The notes: a model not told the origin generated them from the letters alone. A stretch of 64,000 nucleotides of DNA from Sphingobium sp. (GCA_036404995.1 DASWYL010000011.1:995-64994), one strand, 5' to 3'. Numbered from the stretch's first letter, positions 45,902-55,762 are shown. Numbers and translations: made by a program.

Positions 45902-46100
45902 TTACATCGCACCTTGCGATAATCTCGAGCCCAGCCACTCTGCGGCCTGCTTGGGGGTCCGTTTCTGAGCGCCCCGGTCGACCATCCAGTTCGCTTCCCA
46001 CATTGTCGTGATCCCGATGCCGCCAATCAAGGGTTGCGGCGCGGCAATCAGCCTTTCATCCCGCGCGGCGCGCGGCGCGCGCAACATAGGTGATCGCGGA
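45902..46100 (-). pseudogene. 3' remnant of an OpuAC/OsmF-type (betaine/ergothioneine) ABC substrate-binding protein
   Basis: APRAARDERLIAAPQPLIGGIGITTMWEANWMVDRGAQKRTPKQAAEWL resembles the L.PL.G.I....M..AN..VD.....P..AA.WL C-terminus of this family. Confidence 0.6.
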
Positions 46101-46476
46101 GAACAGGCTGGATGCAATTCCTCGTCCACAGCTTGGTCCAGAGGCGCGCTCGCGCCCCTTCGCGAGGTGAGACGGGATAGATCGGACGACAGGGAAAAGC
46201 GTCCTCGACATATTCGCAGATCACCGTGGATTACGGAATAATCTCGCCGTCATCCACCAGCACCGGCACGACACCCTTCGGATTGATGGCCAGATAGTCC
46301 GATGCGAACTGCTCGCCCTTCAGATGTCGATATAATGACTTGCCCAGCCGAGTTGCTGCTCAGCAAGCGCGAACCGGACCTTTGCCGCACAAGCCGACGA
46401 GCCATGGCGATAGAGTTCGAGTAGGAGCCGCTCCGTTCATATGAGTTCACTGCTTAAGTCGTAGCAGCAGCTTTCG

Positions 46477-47427
46477 TTAAAGTCCCGGCTCGCGCTGAAC
46501 AACCGGCTTTGAGGAAACTGTTTCAGAGGCTAGGGTCATGTTTGGGACGGCTTCGAAAACGCACTGCCGAAGCCAGCGATGGGCTGGGTCGCCGTCCATG
46601 CGCGGGTGCCACAGCAGGGATATCGTGAAATCTGTCACCGACACTGGCACGGAAAAGCGGTACATGCCGTGTCGCAGGCCCGTCGTGTGGCGCTCAGGCA
46701 CTGTGGCGATCAGATCGCTTTCACGCGCGAGCGCCAGTGCTGCGGAAAATCCATCGACTGTCGCGACGATATTGCGCTTCAATCCGTGATCGCTCAGCAA
46801 CTGATCGATTGACCCAAGGTCAAGGCCTTCACGCCAAGCCACGATGTGATCGCCTGCTGCGTAGCGTTCTGGTGTGACAGGTCCGGACACTAGCGGGTGG
46901 TCCGCCCTGACAACGCCGACATAGCGGTCCCGGAACAGAGCGCGAGCGCGAATCTCAGGACCGATCACTGCTGCCACTACGCCCGTTTCGAGGTCATAAG
47001 TGCCATCGCGCAAGCCCCCGCTGTCCTTGTCGAGCTTGCGCACGAACCGTAGCTTTACATGTGGCGCTTGTGCGCGAACTGCCCGGATGAGCGAGGGGCC
47101 GACGCTTTCCGCAAAACCGTCGCTCGCCCTAATCGTAAAAGTGCGTTCGAGGGTCGCGATGTCGGCGATCTCATTCGGGCGAAGCACAGCCTCTATATCC
47201 TGCACGAGCTGACGAACGTGATCGCGCAGCTCGATCGCCCGCGGGGTTGCGGCGAGACCGCGCCCTGCCCGCACCAGAAGGGGATCGCCCGTCGTCTCCC
47301 GCAACCGCGCCAATGCCCGGCTCATGGCGGAGGGGCTGAGCTGCAAACGTCTGGCGGCGCGCGCCACACTCCCTTCAGCAAGCAAAACGTCGAGCGTTGT
47401 CAGCAGGTTGAAGTCGGGCGTCGCCAT
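46477..47427 (-). CDS. LysR-family transcriptional regulator
   Basis: PDFNLL..LDVLL.EGSVARAARRL.LSPSAMSR.LARLR..TGDPLLVRAGRGL, LLWHPR...DPAHRWLR. Confidence 0.93.
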   Translation of the reverse strand: MATPDFNLLTTLDVLLAEGSVARAARRLQLSPSAMSRALARLRETTGDPLLVRAGRGLAATPRAIELRDHVRQLVQDIEAVLRPNEIADIATLERTFTIRASDGFAESVGPSLIRAVRAQAPHVKLRFVRKLDKDSGGLRDGTYDLETGVVAAVIGPEIRARALFRDRYVGVVRADHPLVSGPVTPERYAAGDHIVAWREGLDLGSIDQLLSDHGLKRNIVATVDGFSAALALARESDLIATVPERHTTGLRHGMYRFSVPVSVTDFTISLLWHPRMDGDPAHRWLRQCVFEAVPNMTLASETVSSKPVVQREPGL

Positions 47428-47471
47428 ACCGTCATGCATATCACAAAGGGCAGTTCTGACATAGCGTTGAA

Positions 47472-47488
47472 TGCACTAATATAGTGCA
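47472..47488. promoter_or_regulatory. Palindromic operator in the divergent LysR / cupin-MFS promoter
   Basis: TGCACTA-ATA-TAGTGCA perfect inverted repeat. Confidence 0.6.
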
Positions 47489-47563
47489 AGTGCTGCGTCT
47501 TCCGCCACATGATAGCGCCGCCTAACCTGTCCTTCGCAATCTGAAACCGAAGGAGCTGGGACG

Positions 47564-48109
47564 ATGATCAAGAATTCACTGGAGAATTGGATCGATGCGG
47601 TTCGGCGCGACTGGGGACCGCTCAGCACCGATGTCGTCGCCAACTGCCAGCGCCATCTCGAGGAGCTCGTGCAGGCGCCGGCGTCGGAGGAATGGCTCGC
47701 CGCTTTACATCGCGATGCGCCGGCCAGTCGGGAACTCTACCGTGATCCCGATCACGGCTTTGTCCTTCAGGCGCATACTGAAGAAACGGGCCTCTACCGA
47801 CCGCCCCATGATCATGGGAGAAGCTGGGTCATATATGCCGTCCAGCGCGGCGAGAGCGAGATGGGCACCTATGCCCGCATTGACGATACGGACGGGCGGC
47901 CGGTTCTGGTCAAGCGCAACACGACCTGGGTCAGACCCGGCCAGGTGCAGGTCTATCTGCCTGGCGACATCCACGACACACAGTGCCTGGCTGGCCCCGC
48001 GCTGCTCTTTCGCTTTACAGAGCGCGATCTGCGCAGAGAGGACCGCGAAGAGCATCAGGTGACCCGCTATGTCGAGCGCGAGGGTCGCTGGACGACCGCG
48101 TCAACATGA
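47564..48109 (+). CDS. Cysteine/thiol-dioxygenase-like cupin protein
   Basis: LYRDPDHGF, PPHDHG.SW.IYAV..G, Y.PGDIH (three-His pattern). Confidence 0.7.
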   Translation: MIKNSLENWIDAVRRDWGPLSTDVVANCQRHLEELVQAPASEEWLAALHRDAPASRELYRDPDHGFVLQAHTEETGLYRPPHDHGRSWVIYAVQRGESEMGTYARIDDTDGRPVLVKRNTTWVRPGQVQVYLPGDIHDTQCLAGPALLFRFTERDLRREDREEHQVTRYVEREGRWTTAST

Positions 48110-49473
48110 TCTTGGGCGGCACTGTGGAGGCCGGGACCGGCCTCGAGCAACCACGCCGGGCCATCGCGGTCGCTGCGGTGCTTGCCGCTATGACCTTGGC
48201 GGTTCTCGACGCGGCGCTCGCCAATGTGGCGCTCCCGACAATCGCTCGGTCGCTGCGAGTAGCGCCGGCGGCGTCTGTGCAAGTGGTCACGGCCTATCAG
48301 ACGGCGCTGGTCATGGCGCTGCTGCCCTGTGCAGCGCTTGGCGAGAGCTTCGGATTTCGTAAGGTCTTTGCGCTGGGGGTGGGTCTTTTTATCGTGGCCT
48401 CTGGATTGTGCATGCTGGCGCCTTCGCTCCCCTGGCTGGTTGCGGGGCGCGTCCTGCAGGGCCTGGGCAGTGCTGCGATCATGGCGCTCGGCATTGCGCT
48501 GCTGCGGCATGTCGTCCCATCCGACAGGCTCGGCACCGCCATCGGATGGAATGCCCTCACCGTTGCATTGGCCTCTGCGGCCGGCCCCTCAATGGGCGCC
48601 CTCATCCTGTCGCTCGGCGGTTGGCGCTGGCTGTTCGCAATCAACCTGCCGGTGGGACTCGCAGCCCTCTTGTTCGCGAAGACGTTGCCAAGCGTTCCGG
48701 GTACGGGAAGACGGTTGGATCTCGTCAGCACGGCGCTGAATGCCGGCCTCTTCGGGGCACTGGTCGTCGGGACCCAGGCATTGCCGTCTCAGCCGGTTGT
48801 GGGGGTTTTTCTACTGGCTTTGTCCGCAACGGCCCTCGTGGCCCTGCTTCACCGCGAACTCCCGAAAACGGCGCCGCTGATCCCACTTGATCTGCTGAGG
48901 CGGCGTCCGTTCCTGATCTCGGTGATCGCATCGATTTGCTGCTTCACGGGTCAGGCCGCCGGCATGGTGGCGCTGCCTTTTCATCTCCAACACGAGTTCG
49001 GCCAGACGCCCTGGATGACCGGCCTTCTGATGACCCCTTGGCCGTTGACGGTGGCCGTGACCTCCCAAATTGCCGGCCGCTTGAGCGAACGTGTGCCGAC
49101 TGCCTGGCTATGCGCGGCTGGAGGCATCGGCCTGTCGGTCGGCCTGGGCCTTTTGGGACTTTGGCCGCGGGGGGGTGAGCCACTCTTGCTGGCGATACCG
49201 ATCGCGCTTTGCGGTTTCGGCTTCGGGCTGTTCCAGGTGCCCAACAACCGCAACATGTTTCTGGCCGCGCCCGCGGAGCGCAGTGGCGCCGCCGGCGGCA
49301 TGCAGGGAACGGCTCGATTGACAGGCCAAACGCTCGGCGCATTGCTCATAACGCTCCTCTTCGCCGGTCTTTCTGTCGATGCCGCGCCGCGGGTCGGGCT
49401 TTGTATGGCGGCATGTGTCACTCTGGCTGCGGGGTTGGTCAGCCTGCGCCGCGCCGGCGCCATTCGGCGCTAG
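48106..49473 (+). CDS. MFS efflux transporter (DHA2, 14-TM type)
   Basis: LD..LANVALPTIA, GR.LQGLG.A, WRWLF.INLP.G, FQ.PNNR. Confidence 0.92.
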   Translation: MILGGTVEAGTGLEQPRRAIAVAAVLAAMTLAVLDAALANVALPTIARSLRVAPAASVQVVTAYQTALVMALLPCAALGESFGFRKVFALGVGLFIVASGLCMLAPSLPWLVAGRVLQGLGSAAIMALGIALLRHVVPSDRLGTAIGWNALTVALASAAGPSMGALILSLGGWRWLFAINLPVGLAALLFAKTLPSVPGTGRRLDLVSTALNAGLFGALVVGTQALPSQPVVGVFLLALSATALVALLHRELPKTAPLIPLDLLRRRPFLISVIASICCFTGQAAGMVALPFHLQHEFGQTPWMTGLLMTPWPLTVAVTSQIAGRLSERVPTAWLCAAGGIGLSVGLGLLGLWPRGGEPLLLAIPIALCGFGFGLFQVPNNRNMFLAAPAERSGAAGGMQGTARLTGQTLGALLITLLFAGLSVDAAPRVGLCMAACVTLAAGLVSLRRAGAIRR

Positions 49474-49542
49474 ACTTTTTGCCCCCGGGAGTTTGTCTTA
49501 GGTGACATTGACTCTCACGTCGTCGAAGGCTTGGACGGAGAT

Positions 49543-51297
49543 ATGCGCCGCCCCTTGAAAGACGTCCTGCTTGCGGTTGCGCTCCGGCAACGCCGCGCCA
49601 TGCGAGAAAGTGAGGCGGCATTCATCTTGCTCGCGACGATTGCGGGCCTCGCCGCGGGCTTGTTGACCAATTTTCAGCAGTTTCTTTCACACGGCATCCA
49701 GCATCTCTTCTACGGCGTCACCATCAACAGGCTAAGCGCGCTGGGATCCATCCATCATCCCTGGCGTCTGCTGGCACTTCCCGTCGGCGGGCTGATGCTG
49801 GTGATGCTTGCCCGTGCCTTGAGGCGACGAAAGCGCCCGCCCATCGACGTGGTGGAGGCCAATGCACTGCATGGGGGACGCATTCCGTTTGCCGACAATG
49901 TGGTGATTGCCGCGCAGACCGTCATCTCCAACGGTGCCGGCGCCTCGGTCGGGCTGGAGGCGGCCTATGCCCAGATGGGCGGTGGTGTCGCTTCGGTGCT
50001 TGGCCAATGGTTCAAGCTTCGGCGGAACGACTTGCGGACGCTGGTCGGCGCGGGCGCGGGCGCGGCTGTGGGCGCTGCCTTCGGTGCGCCACTGACTGGC
50101 GCCTTCTATGCCTTCGAGATCGTGATCGGCAACTACACGCCAGCGGCCATTGCGCCGGTGATGGCAGCGGCGCTCACCGCCAGTTTCGTCACGCGCGCGC
50201 TTGGCGTCGAGCCCTATCTGGTCGCGACTACTGCGGATCGGCATCTCGCGATCGCCGACTATCTGGCCTATGCCGGCCTTGGGTTGGTCTGCGCTCTGAT
50301 CGGCATAGCCGTCATGCGCCTGGTCACCTCTGCAGAGCTACATGTGCAGTCGTGGACTCGCCTGGGAAGGTGGCGCCCAGTGATCGGTGGTCTCCTGCTG
50401 ATGCCGATCGCATGGGTCTCGCCACAATCGCTTTCCGCGGGCCATGGCGCTCTCCACCTCGACTTGCTCCTGCGACCGACGCTGACCTTCCTCGCCGTCA
50501 TTCTTCTGATGAAGATTGCAGCATCCGTGATTTCGCTCAGCTTCGGCTTCAGGGGTGGATTGTTCTTCGCGTCGCTGTTTCTGGGATCGCTTGTCGGGCA
50601 GATTTTTGCGGGCCTGGTCAACCTGAGTCCGCTGGCGGTGACGCTGGACGTCAATGACGCGGCGCTGGTCGGGATGGCGGCGCTCAGCGTCTCGATCGTC
50701 GGCGGGCCGATGACACTCGCTATTCTGATGCTCGAGACCACGCACGATTTTGCCCTGATGGGCGTCGTGCTGACCGCGACCCTGATTTCAAGCGCATTCA
50801 CACGCGAGACGTTCGGCTATTCCTTCTCGACCTGGCGCCTGCATCTGCGCGGCGCGACGATCCGCAGCCCGCGCGACATCGGGTGGACGATGACGCTCAC
50901 CGCCGGCCGCATCATGCGCAAGGATTGGGTCGCTGTCCGCGACGACATGTCCGTCGCTGACTTCCGCGCGCAGGTTCCGCTTGGTTCAGCGAGCAAGGCC
51001 GTGGTGACTGATGCGCAGGGGCATTATCGCGGGATCGTAGCGACGACTTCTGCCCATCGACCCGATCTGGCAGTGGCTTCTCCCCTCAGCGCCTTGGTGA
51101 CGCTTGCCGACACGACTTTGACCCCCGCCACCGGGATTGAGGCCATGCTGCACATGTTCGACGACCATGCTGCGGACGAAATGGCCGTGGTCGACGAGCG
51201 CGGACAGGTGCTCGGCGTGGTGAGCGAAAAGCATGCACGCCGTCGCTATTTCGAGGAGATCGAAGCTTCGCAGCGGGAGTTGTTTGGCGAGACCTGA
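49543..51297 (+). CDS. ClC-family chloride channel/antiporter with CBS-like tail
   Basis: GASVGLEA (gating Glu), AAFGAPLTGAFYAFE, GGLF, C-terminal CBS-like pair. Confidence 0.9.
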   Translation: MRRPLKDVLLAVALRQRRAMRESEAAFILLATIAGLAAGLLTNFQQFLSHGIQHLFYGVTINRLSALGSIHHPWRLLALPVGGLMLVMLARALRRRKRPPIDVVEANALHGGRIPFADNVVIAAQTVISNGAGASVGLEAAYAQMGGGVASVLGQWFKLRRNDLRTLVGAGAGAAVGAAFGAPLTGAFYAFEIVIGNYTPAAIAPVMAAALTASFVTRALGVEPYLVATTADRHLAIADYLAYAGLGLVCALIGIAVMRLVTSAELHVQSWTRLGRWRPVIGGLLLMPIAWVSPQSLSAGHGALHLDLLLRPTLTFLAVILLMKIAASVISLSFGFRGGLFFASLFLGSLVGQIFAGLVNLSPLAVTLDVNDAALVGMAALSVSIVGGPMTLAILMLETTHDFALMGVVLTATLISSAFTRETFGYSFSTWRLHLRGATIRSPRDIGWTMTLTAGRIMRKDWVAVRDDMSVADFRAQVPLGSASKAVVTDAQGHYRGIVATTSAHRPDLAVASPLSALVTLADTTLTPATGIEAMLHMFDDHAADEMAVVDERGQVLGVVSEKHARRRYFEEIEASQRELFGET

Positions 51298-51525
51298 AGC
51301 GTTGCTTGGAAAGGATCGTCCTTCGCTCAGGCGGTGACGCGGTCCTTGGCGAATTGGTCATAATCCTCGACGTCCGGCGCCCCGCCTTCGGTCGCAGCCT
51401 TCGCCATGGCCGAAAATGACTTCATACTTCCGGCGTGCCGAGCCGCACTTCCTTGATTGCATGGCTGAGCCCGCGGGCCATTTCCGGCCAGTCCCTGGGC
51501 ATGGCTTTCCTGCTTTCGGGCGGGT

Positions 51526-52776
51526 CTATCGGCCTATCAGGCTGAGCAATTTGTAGGCCGCGACGATTCGATCCGTCTGGGCTTTCGCGAGAGCAGCAGC
51601 GGCGCCCGTCGCTTCGCGTTCAGCGTTCAAAAGATCGAGCTGGGGCTTCAGGCCGACACGCACTTCATGCGCAACGCTGTCACGCGCCTGCCCCGCAGAT
51701 CCGGCCTGCCGGGCCGACGCTGCTTCGACGAGCAGGGCAGTCTGGACCGCCTGGAAAGCGCCAATGACCTGCTCCTTCACCTGATTTTGTGCGACGTCGA
51801 ATCGCGCCTGGGCGGCACGGACGGCGCTATCGCTCCCGGCAACCTTGGCCGATACGATGGCATTGAAGATTTGCCAGCGGGCGCGGACGCCGACCGTGGC
51901 GCTGTCCGCCCGATAGTCCGGGAAGAACTGGTCACGGACCATTGCTCCTTCGGCAAAGGCGCCGACGGTCGGCAATCGCTCGGCGCGCGCACCGCGGGCA
52001 GCAGCCCGCGCCGCGCGCAGGCCAGCCTCAGCCTCCGCCAGCCAAGGATTGTGCTGGAGCGCGGCATCCATGGCCTCATCCAGCGTCGCGGGAATTTGGG
52101 GATTGGCGGGCAGCGGTTCGAGCCCATCCGGCGAAAGGCCGGTCAAATTCGAAAAGCGGGCATCGGCTGCAATCACAAATCCTTTCGATTGGGCAAGACC
52201 CGCCTCCGCTTCCGCGAGCCGCGCGGCGGCCTGCGCCACGTCAGTGCTGGGGCTCTCACCGGCCTTGTAACGCAGCTGAGCCTGCCGCTGAATCTCCTGC
52301 ATCTGCATGAGCAGTTCTGTGTTGAGCGCGACCATGCGGCGGCTTGTCAGGACGTCGCCATAGGCCTGCGCGACGGCGGCAACCATCTGGCTGCGGGTCG
52401 CGTTTTCGCCGGCCCGGGCCGCATCGTTGCCGGCATTCGCCTGCGCGATTCCTGCCCTGATGCGTCCACCAGCATAGATTGGCTGCTCGATCGTCACCTG
52501 TGCCGCGCGCGGCGTTACATTGGCAGCGCCCAGGCCGAAGAAGTTCTGAGGGTCAAGGCGGCCGACGCCGATCGTCCCGGTCACTGTGGCTGTCGGCAGA
52601 CCGCCGGCCTTCGCCTCACGCACGCGCGCTGCAGCGGTGTCGCTGTCTGCGTGCGCCGCCTCGATTTCGGGTGCATGCTTCAGCGCCGCTGCAATCGCCT
52701 CGTCCAGCGTTGTCGCCTGCGCAGGCAGGGCAATGCCGGTGAGCAGGCCAATCAGGATCAGCCGGCCAGTCTTCAT
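51526..52776 (-). CDS. TolC-family outer-membrane efflux protein
   Basis: Signal peptide, TLDEAI..AL...P, QPIY.GG, duplicated OEP repeats, G.K..LDLL.AE. Confidence 0.92.
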   Translation of the reverse strand: MKTGRLILIGLLTGIALPAQATTLDEAIAAALKHAPEIEAAHADSDTAAARVREAKAGGLPTATVTGTIGVGRLDPQNFFGLGAANVTPRAAQVTIEQPIYAGGRIRAGIAQANAGNDAARAGENATRSQMVAAVAQAYGDVLTSRRMVALNTELLMQMQEIQRQAQLRYKAGESPSTDVAQAAARLAEAEAGLAQSKGFVIAADARFSNLTGLSPDGLEPLPANPQIPATLDEAMDAALQHNPWLAEAEAGLRAARAAARGARAERLPTVGAFAEGAMVRDQFFPDYRADSATVGVRARWQIFNAIVSAKVAGSDSAVRAAQARFDVAQNQVKEQVIGAFQAVQTALLVEAASARQAGSAGQARDSVAHEVRVGLKPQLDLLNAEREATGAAAALAKAQTDRIVAAYKLLSLIGR

Positions 52777-52976
52777 CTGAAGGCGTTTCCGGGACGCACG
52801 CCCATCGCTTTGAAGATCATGGCCGCCGGGCAGAAACCGGTAATGCCCGCCTGGATCATATTGAGACCGGCGAAGACGGTGAGCGCGATCCACCAGGGGT
52901 GGACCGTGAGCGACAGCGTCACACCGAGCAACACGACGAAGCCGGCGAACATCAGGACGGCACGATCGATATTCAT
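52773..52976 (-). CDS. DUF2892 (YgaP membrane domain) protein
   Basis: MNIDRAVL.FAG...W..LT.F.G.N..QA..TGFCP, two TM helices with conserved Cys. Confidence 0.9.
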   Translation of the reverse strand: MNIDRAVLMFAGFVVLLGVTLSLTVHPWWIALTVFAGLNMIQAGITGFCPAAMIFKAMGVRPGNAFR

Positions 52977-53011
52977 GGCAATTTCTCCCAACCTGAGGAC
53001 TCTTGGCGCCG

Positions 53012-54292
53012 TCAGAGACGCAGCTTGCGGATGCCCATGACATGCAGGGCCAGCTTCTCGTAGAAGGGCTCGCTCTCGCCCTTGCGGACCTTGCGCAGGA
53101 AATATTTCTCGAAGCCGATCTTCGCCAGATGGACCCATTTGCCGCTCGACGACCAGTTGACGTTCCGCGGAGGAATCTGTGGCTGGGCGACGAAAGCGAC
53201 ACCACCGTCACCGAAGTCGGCGAGGCAGACCGCGTTCCACGTGGCCTCGGCGGTCGCCTCCTTGCCGTCGATGATCGCCGCGAGATTGGCGGCAATCGCG
53301 GTCACCATGCTCTCGATCATGAAGCCGGTCTTGGGGACGCCGACAGGCACGGGCGTCGGCCCCGTGGGCGGGATCGCGACGCAGACGCCCAGCGCAAAAA
53401 TCTCCGGGAAGGCAGGATTGCGCTGATGCTTGTCGACCAGGATGAAGCCGCGTGGATTGGTGAGACCTTCGATGCCGCGCACGGCGGGCACGCCGCGGAA
53501 GGCGGGCAGCATCATCGAGAAGCCGAAGGGCAGGTTGTGGGTCTTCTTGACCGCGCCGTCCTCGCCAACTTCCTCGACATGCATCATGCCGGCCTCGACC
53601 TTCGCGACCTTGGCGTTGGTGATCCACTTGATGTGGCGATTGCGCATCTCGCTTTCGAGCAGACCTTTGGTGTCGCCGACACCATCGAGGCCGAGATGGC
53701 CGATATAGGGCTCGGAGGTCACGAAGGTCATCGGCACCTTGTCGCGAATCTTGCGTTTGCGCAGCTCGGTGTCGAGGATCAGCGCGAACTCATAGGCCGG
53801 GCCGAAACAGGATGCCGCCTGCACGGCGCCGACGACGATGGGGCCGGGATTGGCGCAGAAGGCGTCGAATGCGTCGGCAGCTTTGGAGGCATGGGCGGTC
53901 TGGCAGACCGAGACAGTATGGCCACCGTGAGGCCCCAGCCCCTCGATCTCGTCGAAAGCGAGATCGGGGCCGGTTGCAATCACCAGATAGTCATAGTCGA
54001 TCGACGTCCCATCATTCAGTTCCACGCGCTTCTCCGCCGGGTGGAGCCGCTTCGCACCAACAGGAGTGAAACCGATCTTCTTCTTGGCGAAGACGGGCGG
54101 CAGATGGACCTGGATCGCTTCTGGCTCGCGCCAGCGCACAGCGACCCAAGGGTTTGATGGAACGAAGCTATATGTCTCGGAGTCGGAGACGGTCATCACC
54201 TCGGCCCTGTCCTTGACGGCGGCCTTGATCTCGTAGGCGGCGATCGTTCCACCCAGACCGGCACCCAGAACCACGATCTTCGGCTTGCCCAT
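53012..54292 (-). CDS. sqr: Sulfide:quinone oxidoreductase, type I (SqrA)
   Basis: GAGLGG, FVPSNPW, SCFGPAYE, EPY.GHLGL.G, PKTGFMIE, WNAVCLADFG, K.GFEKYF. Confidence 0.95.
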   Translation of the reverse strand: MGKPKIVVLGAGLGGTIAAYEIKAAVKDRAEVMTVSDSETYSFVPSNPWVAVRWREPEAIQVHLPPVFAKKKIGFTPVGAKRLHPAEKRVELNDGTSIDYDYLVIATGPDLAFDEIEGLGPHGGHTVSVCQTAHASKAADAFDAFCANPGPIVVGAVQAASCFGPAYEFALILDTELRKRKIRDKVPMTFVTSEPYIGHLGLDGVGDTKGLLESEMRNRHIKWITNAKVAKVEAGMMHVEEVGEDGAVKKTHNLPFGFSMMLPAFRGVPAVRGIEGLTNPRGFILVDKHQRNPAFPEIFALGVCVAIPPTGPTPVPVGVPKTGFMIESMVTAIAANLAAIIDGKEATAEATWNAVCLADFGDGGVAFVAQPQIPPRNVNWSSSGKWVHLAKIGFEKYFLRKVRKGESEPFYEKLALHVMGIRKLRL

Positions 54293-54320
54293 CGGTCCTT
54301 CTCCATTTCTTCAATCGTCA

Positions 54321-54349
54321 TTGACTAATATAAGCATCTCACGATATAT
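54321..54349 (+). promoter_or_regulatory. Divergent sqr/rhodanese promoter with ArsR-type operator
   Basis: TTGACT (54321-54326)-N17-ATATAT (54344-54349). Inverted repeat ATATA-N12-TATAT at 54328-54349 spans the spacer and -10. Confidence 0.65.
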
Positions 54350-54376
54350 GCAATGGGGAAATTGAAGGAGGCATCC

Positions 54377-54715
54377 ATGTTCGGATTCGGAAAAGGCAGG
54401 GCTCATCGCGAGATCGGGCCGATGGAACTTGACGCCATGCTGAAAAATGACGCCGTGTTGCTTGTCGACGTGCGCGAGCCAGACGAGTTCGCTTCGGGCC
54501 ACATTGCAGGTGCAGTAAACATGCCGCTGTCGACATTTTCACCTCGTAATGTTCCGGATGCACAGGGCCGGACCGTCGTGCTGCAATGCGCCGGCGGAAA
54601 GCGCTCGGGCATGGCGCTTGAGAAATGTGGTCAGGCGCAGTCAGCCATCGACACCCATCTGGCCGGCGGCATCGGGGCTTGGAAATCTGCCGGACTTCCC
54701 GTGGTGACGGGCTGA
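54377..54715 (+). CDS. Single-domain rhodanese (sulfurtransferase)
   Basis: DVREPDEF..GHI.GA, active-site CAGGKRS, LAGGI.AW..AGLP. Confidence 0.94.
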   Translation: MFGFGKGRAHREIGPMELDAMLKNDAVLLVDVREPDEFASGHIAGAVNMPLSTFSPRNVPDAQGRTVVLQCAGGKRSGMALEKCGQAQSAIDTHLAGGIGAWKSAGLPVVTG

Positions 54716-54734
54716 AACGGCGAACGGGGATCAT

Positions 54735-55762
54735 ATGATGGCGAAGAGAGCGAAAGCGTTCTGGCTTTACGGCGCATTGTTGGCCCTTTCAGCATGTGGC
54801 GGTGAACCCGTACCGGAACAGCGGTCGGCCAGCCTGCCCGCAGGCGAGACGCTGCGCCTCGCCCTGAGGGACATCGCCGACATGAAAGCTGTTGGTGCCG
54901 AAATCGCCACCCGCGATCAGGCCGAGGCTTTGGCCCGCATCCCCGGCACGCTCACCAGCCTCTCCGTTCGCGCCGGCGACATGGTCAGCAAGGGCCAGCG
55001 CATCGGCATGATCGTTGATGCGAGGCTCGGCTATGAAACCAGCGCCTATGGCGCGCAGGTCGCCGCAGCACAGGCTGAGGCCGCCCGCGCCAATGGCGAT
55101 CTCGCGCGTATCCAGGACCTCTACAATAATGGCGTCTACGCCAAGGCGCGGCTTGATCAGGCGGTCGCTGCCGCCAAGGCGGCAAATGCAATGGTCGCGG
55201 CTGCCCAGGCCCAGCGAGGCGCGAGTGCCAGCGTTGCGGGACAGGGTGCCGTGCTGGCCCCGGCAAGCGGTCGCGTCCTGCGCGCCGACATCCCGGCCGG
55301 GTCGGTCGTGGCGCCGGGCATGTCGATCGCAACCGTGACCGCAGGACCACCCATCCTGCGCCTCATGCTGCCAGAGTCGGCGGCCGGTGCAGTTCACACC
55401 GGTTCGCGCGTGCTGGTCACCGATACGAACTATTCCGGCACGCGCGAGGGCGTCGTCGCGCAGGTCTATCCGGGCGTCAGTGGCGGACAGGTCCGTGTCG
55501 ATGCGACGCTGCCGGGCCTCACCACCGATTTCGTTGGGCGCCGCATCAGCGCCTCCGTCTCCCTGGGCACACGCAAGGCGCTGGTGGTCCCGCGCCGCTT
55601 CGTCACGACGCAATATGGCATCGACCAGGTGCACGTCCTGGGCAGCGACAAGGCTCTCAGCATGGTGCCGGTGCAGGTTGCGCCGACAGACGACCCGGAA
55701 ATGCTCGAGATCCTGAGCGGCGTGACTGCGGGTGATACGCTGTTCGTTCCAAAGGGCGCGAA

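Noticed and set aside
46130-46470. Non-coding AT-richer junction with a 66-aa ORF
   Set aside because: No recognisable family, IS ends or structure; probably a junction scar.
51300-51520. Possible small ORF or remnant between ClC and tolC (MAKAATEGGAPDVEDYDQFAKDRVTA)
   Set aside because: No recognisable motif or RBS; cannot be supported without a search.
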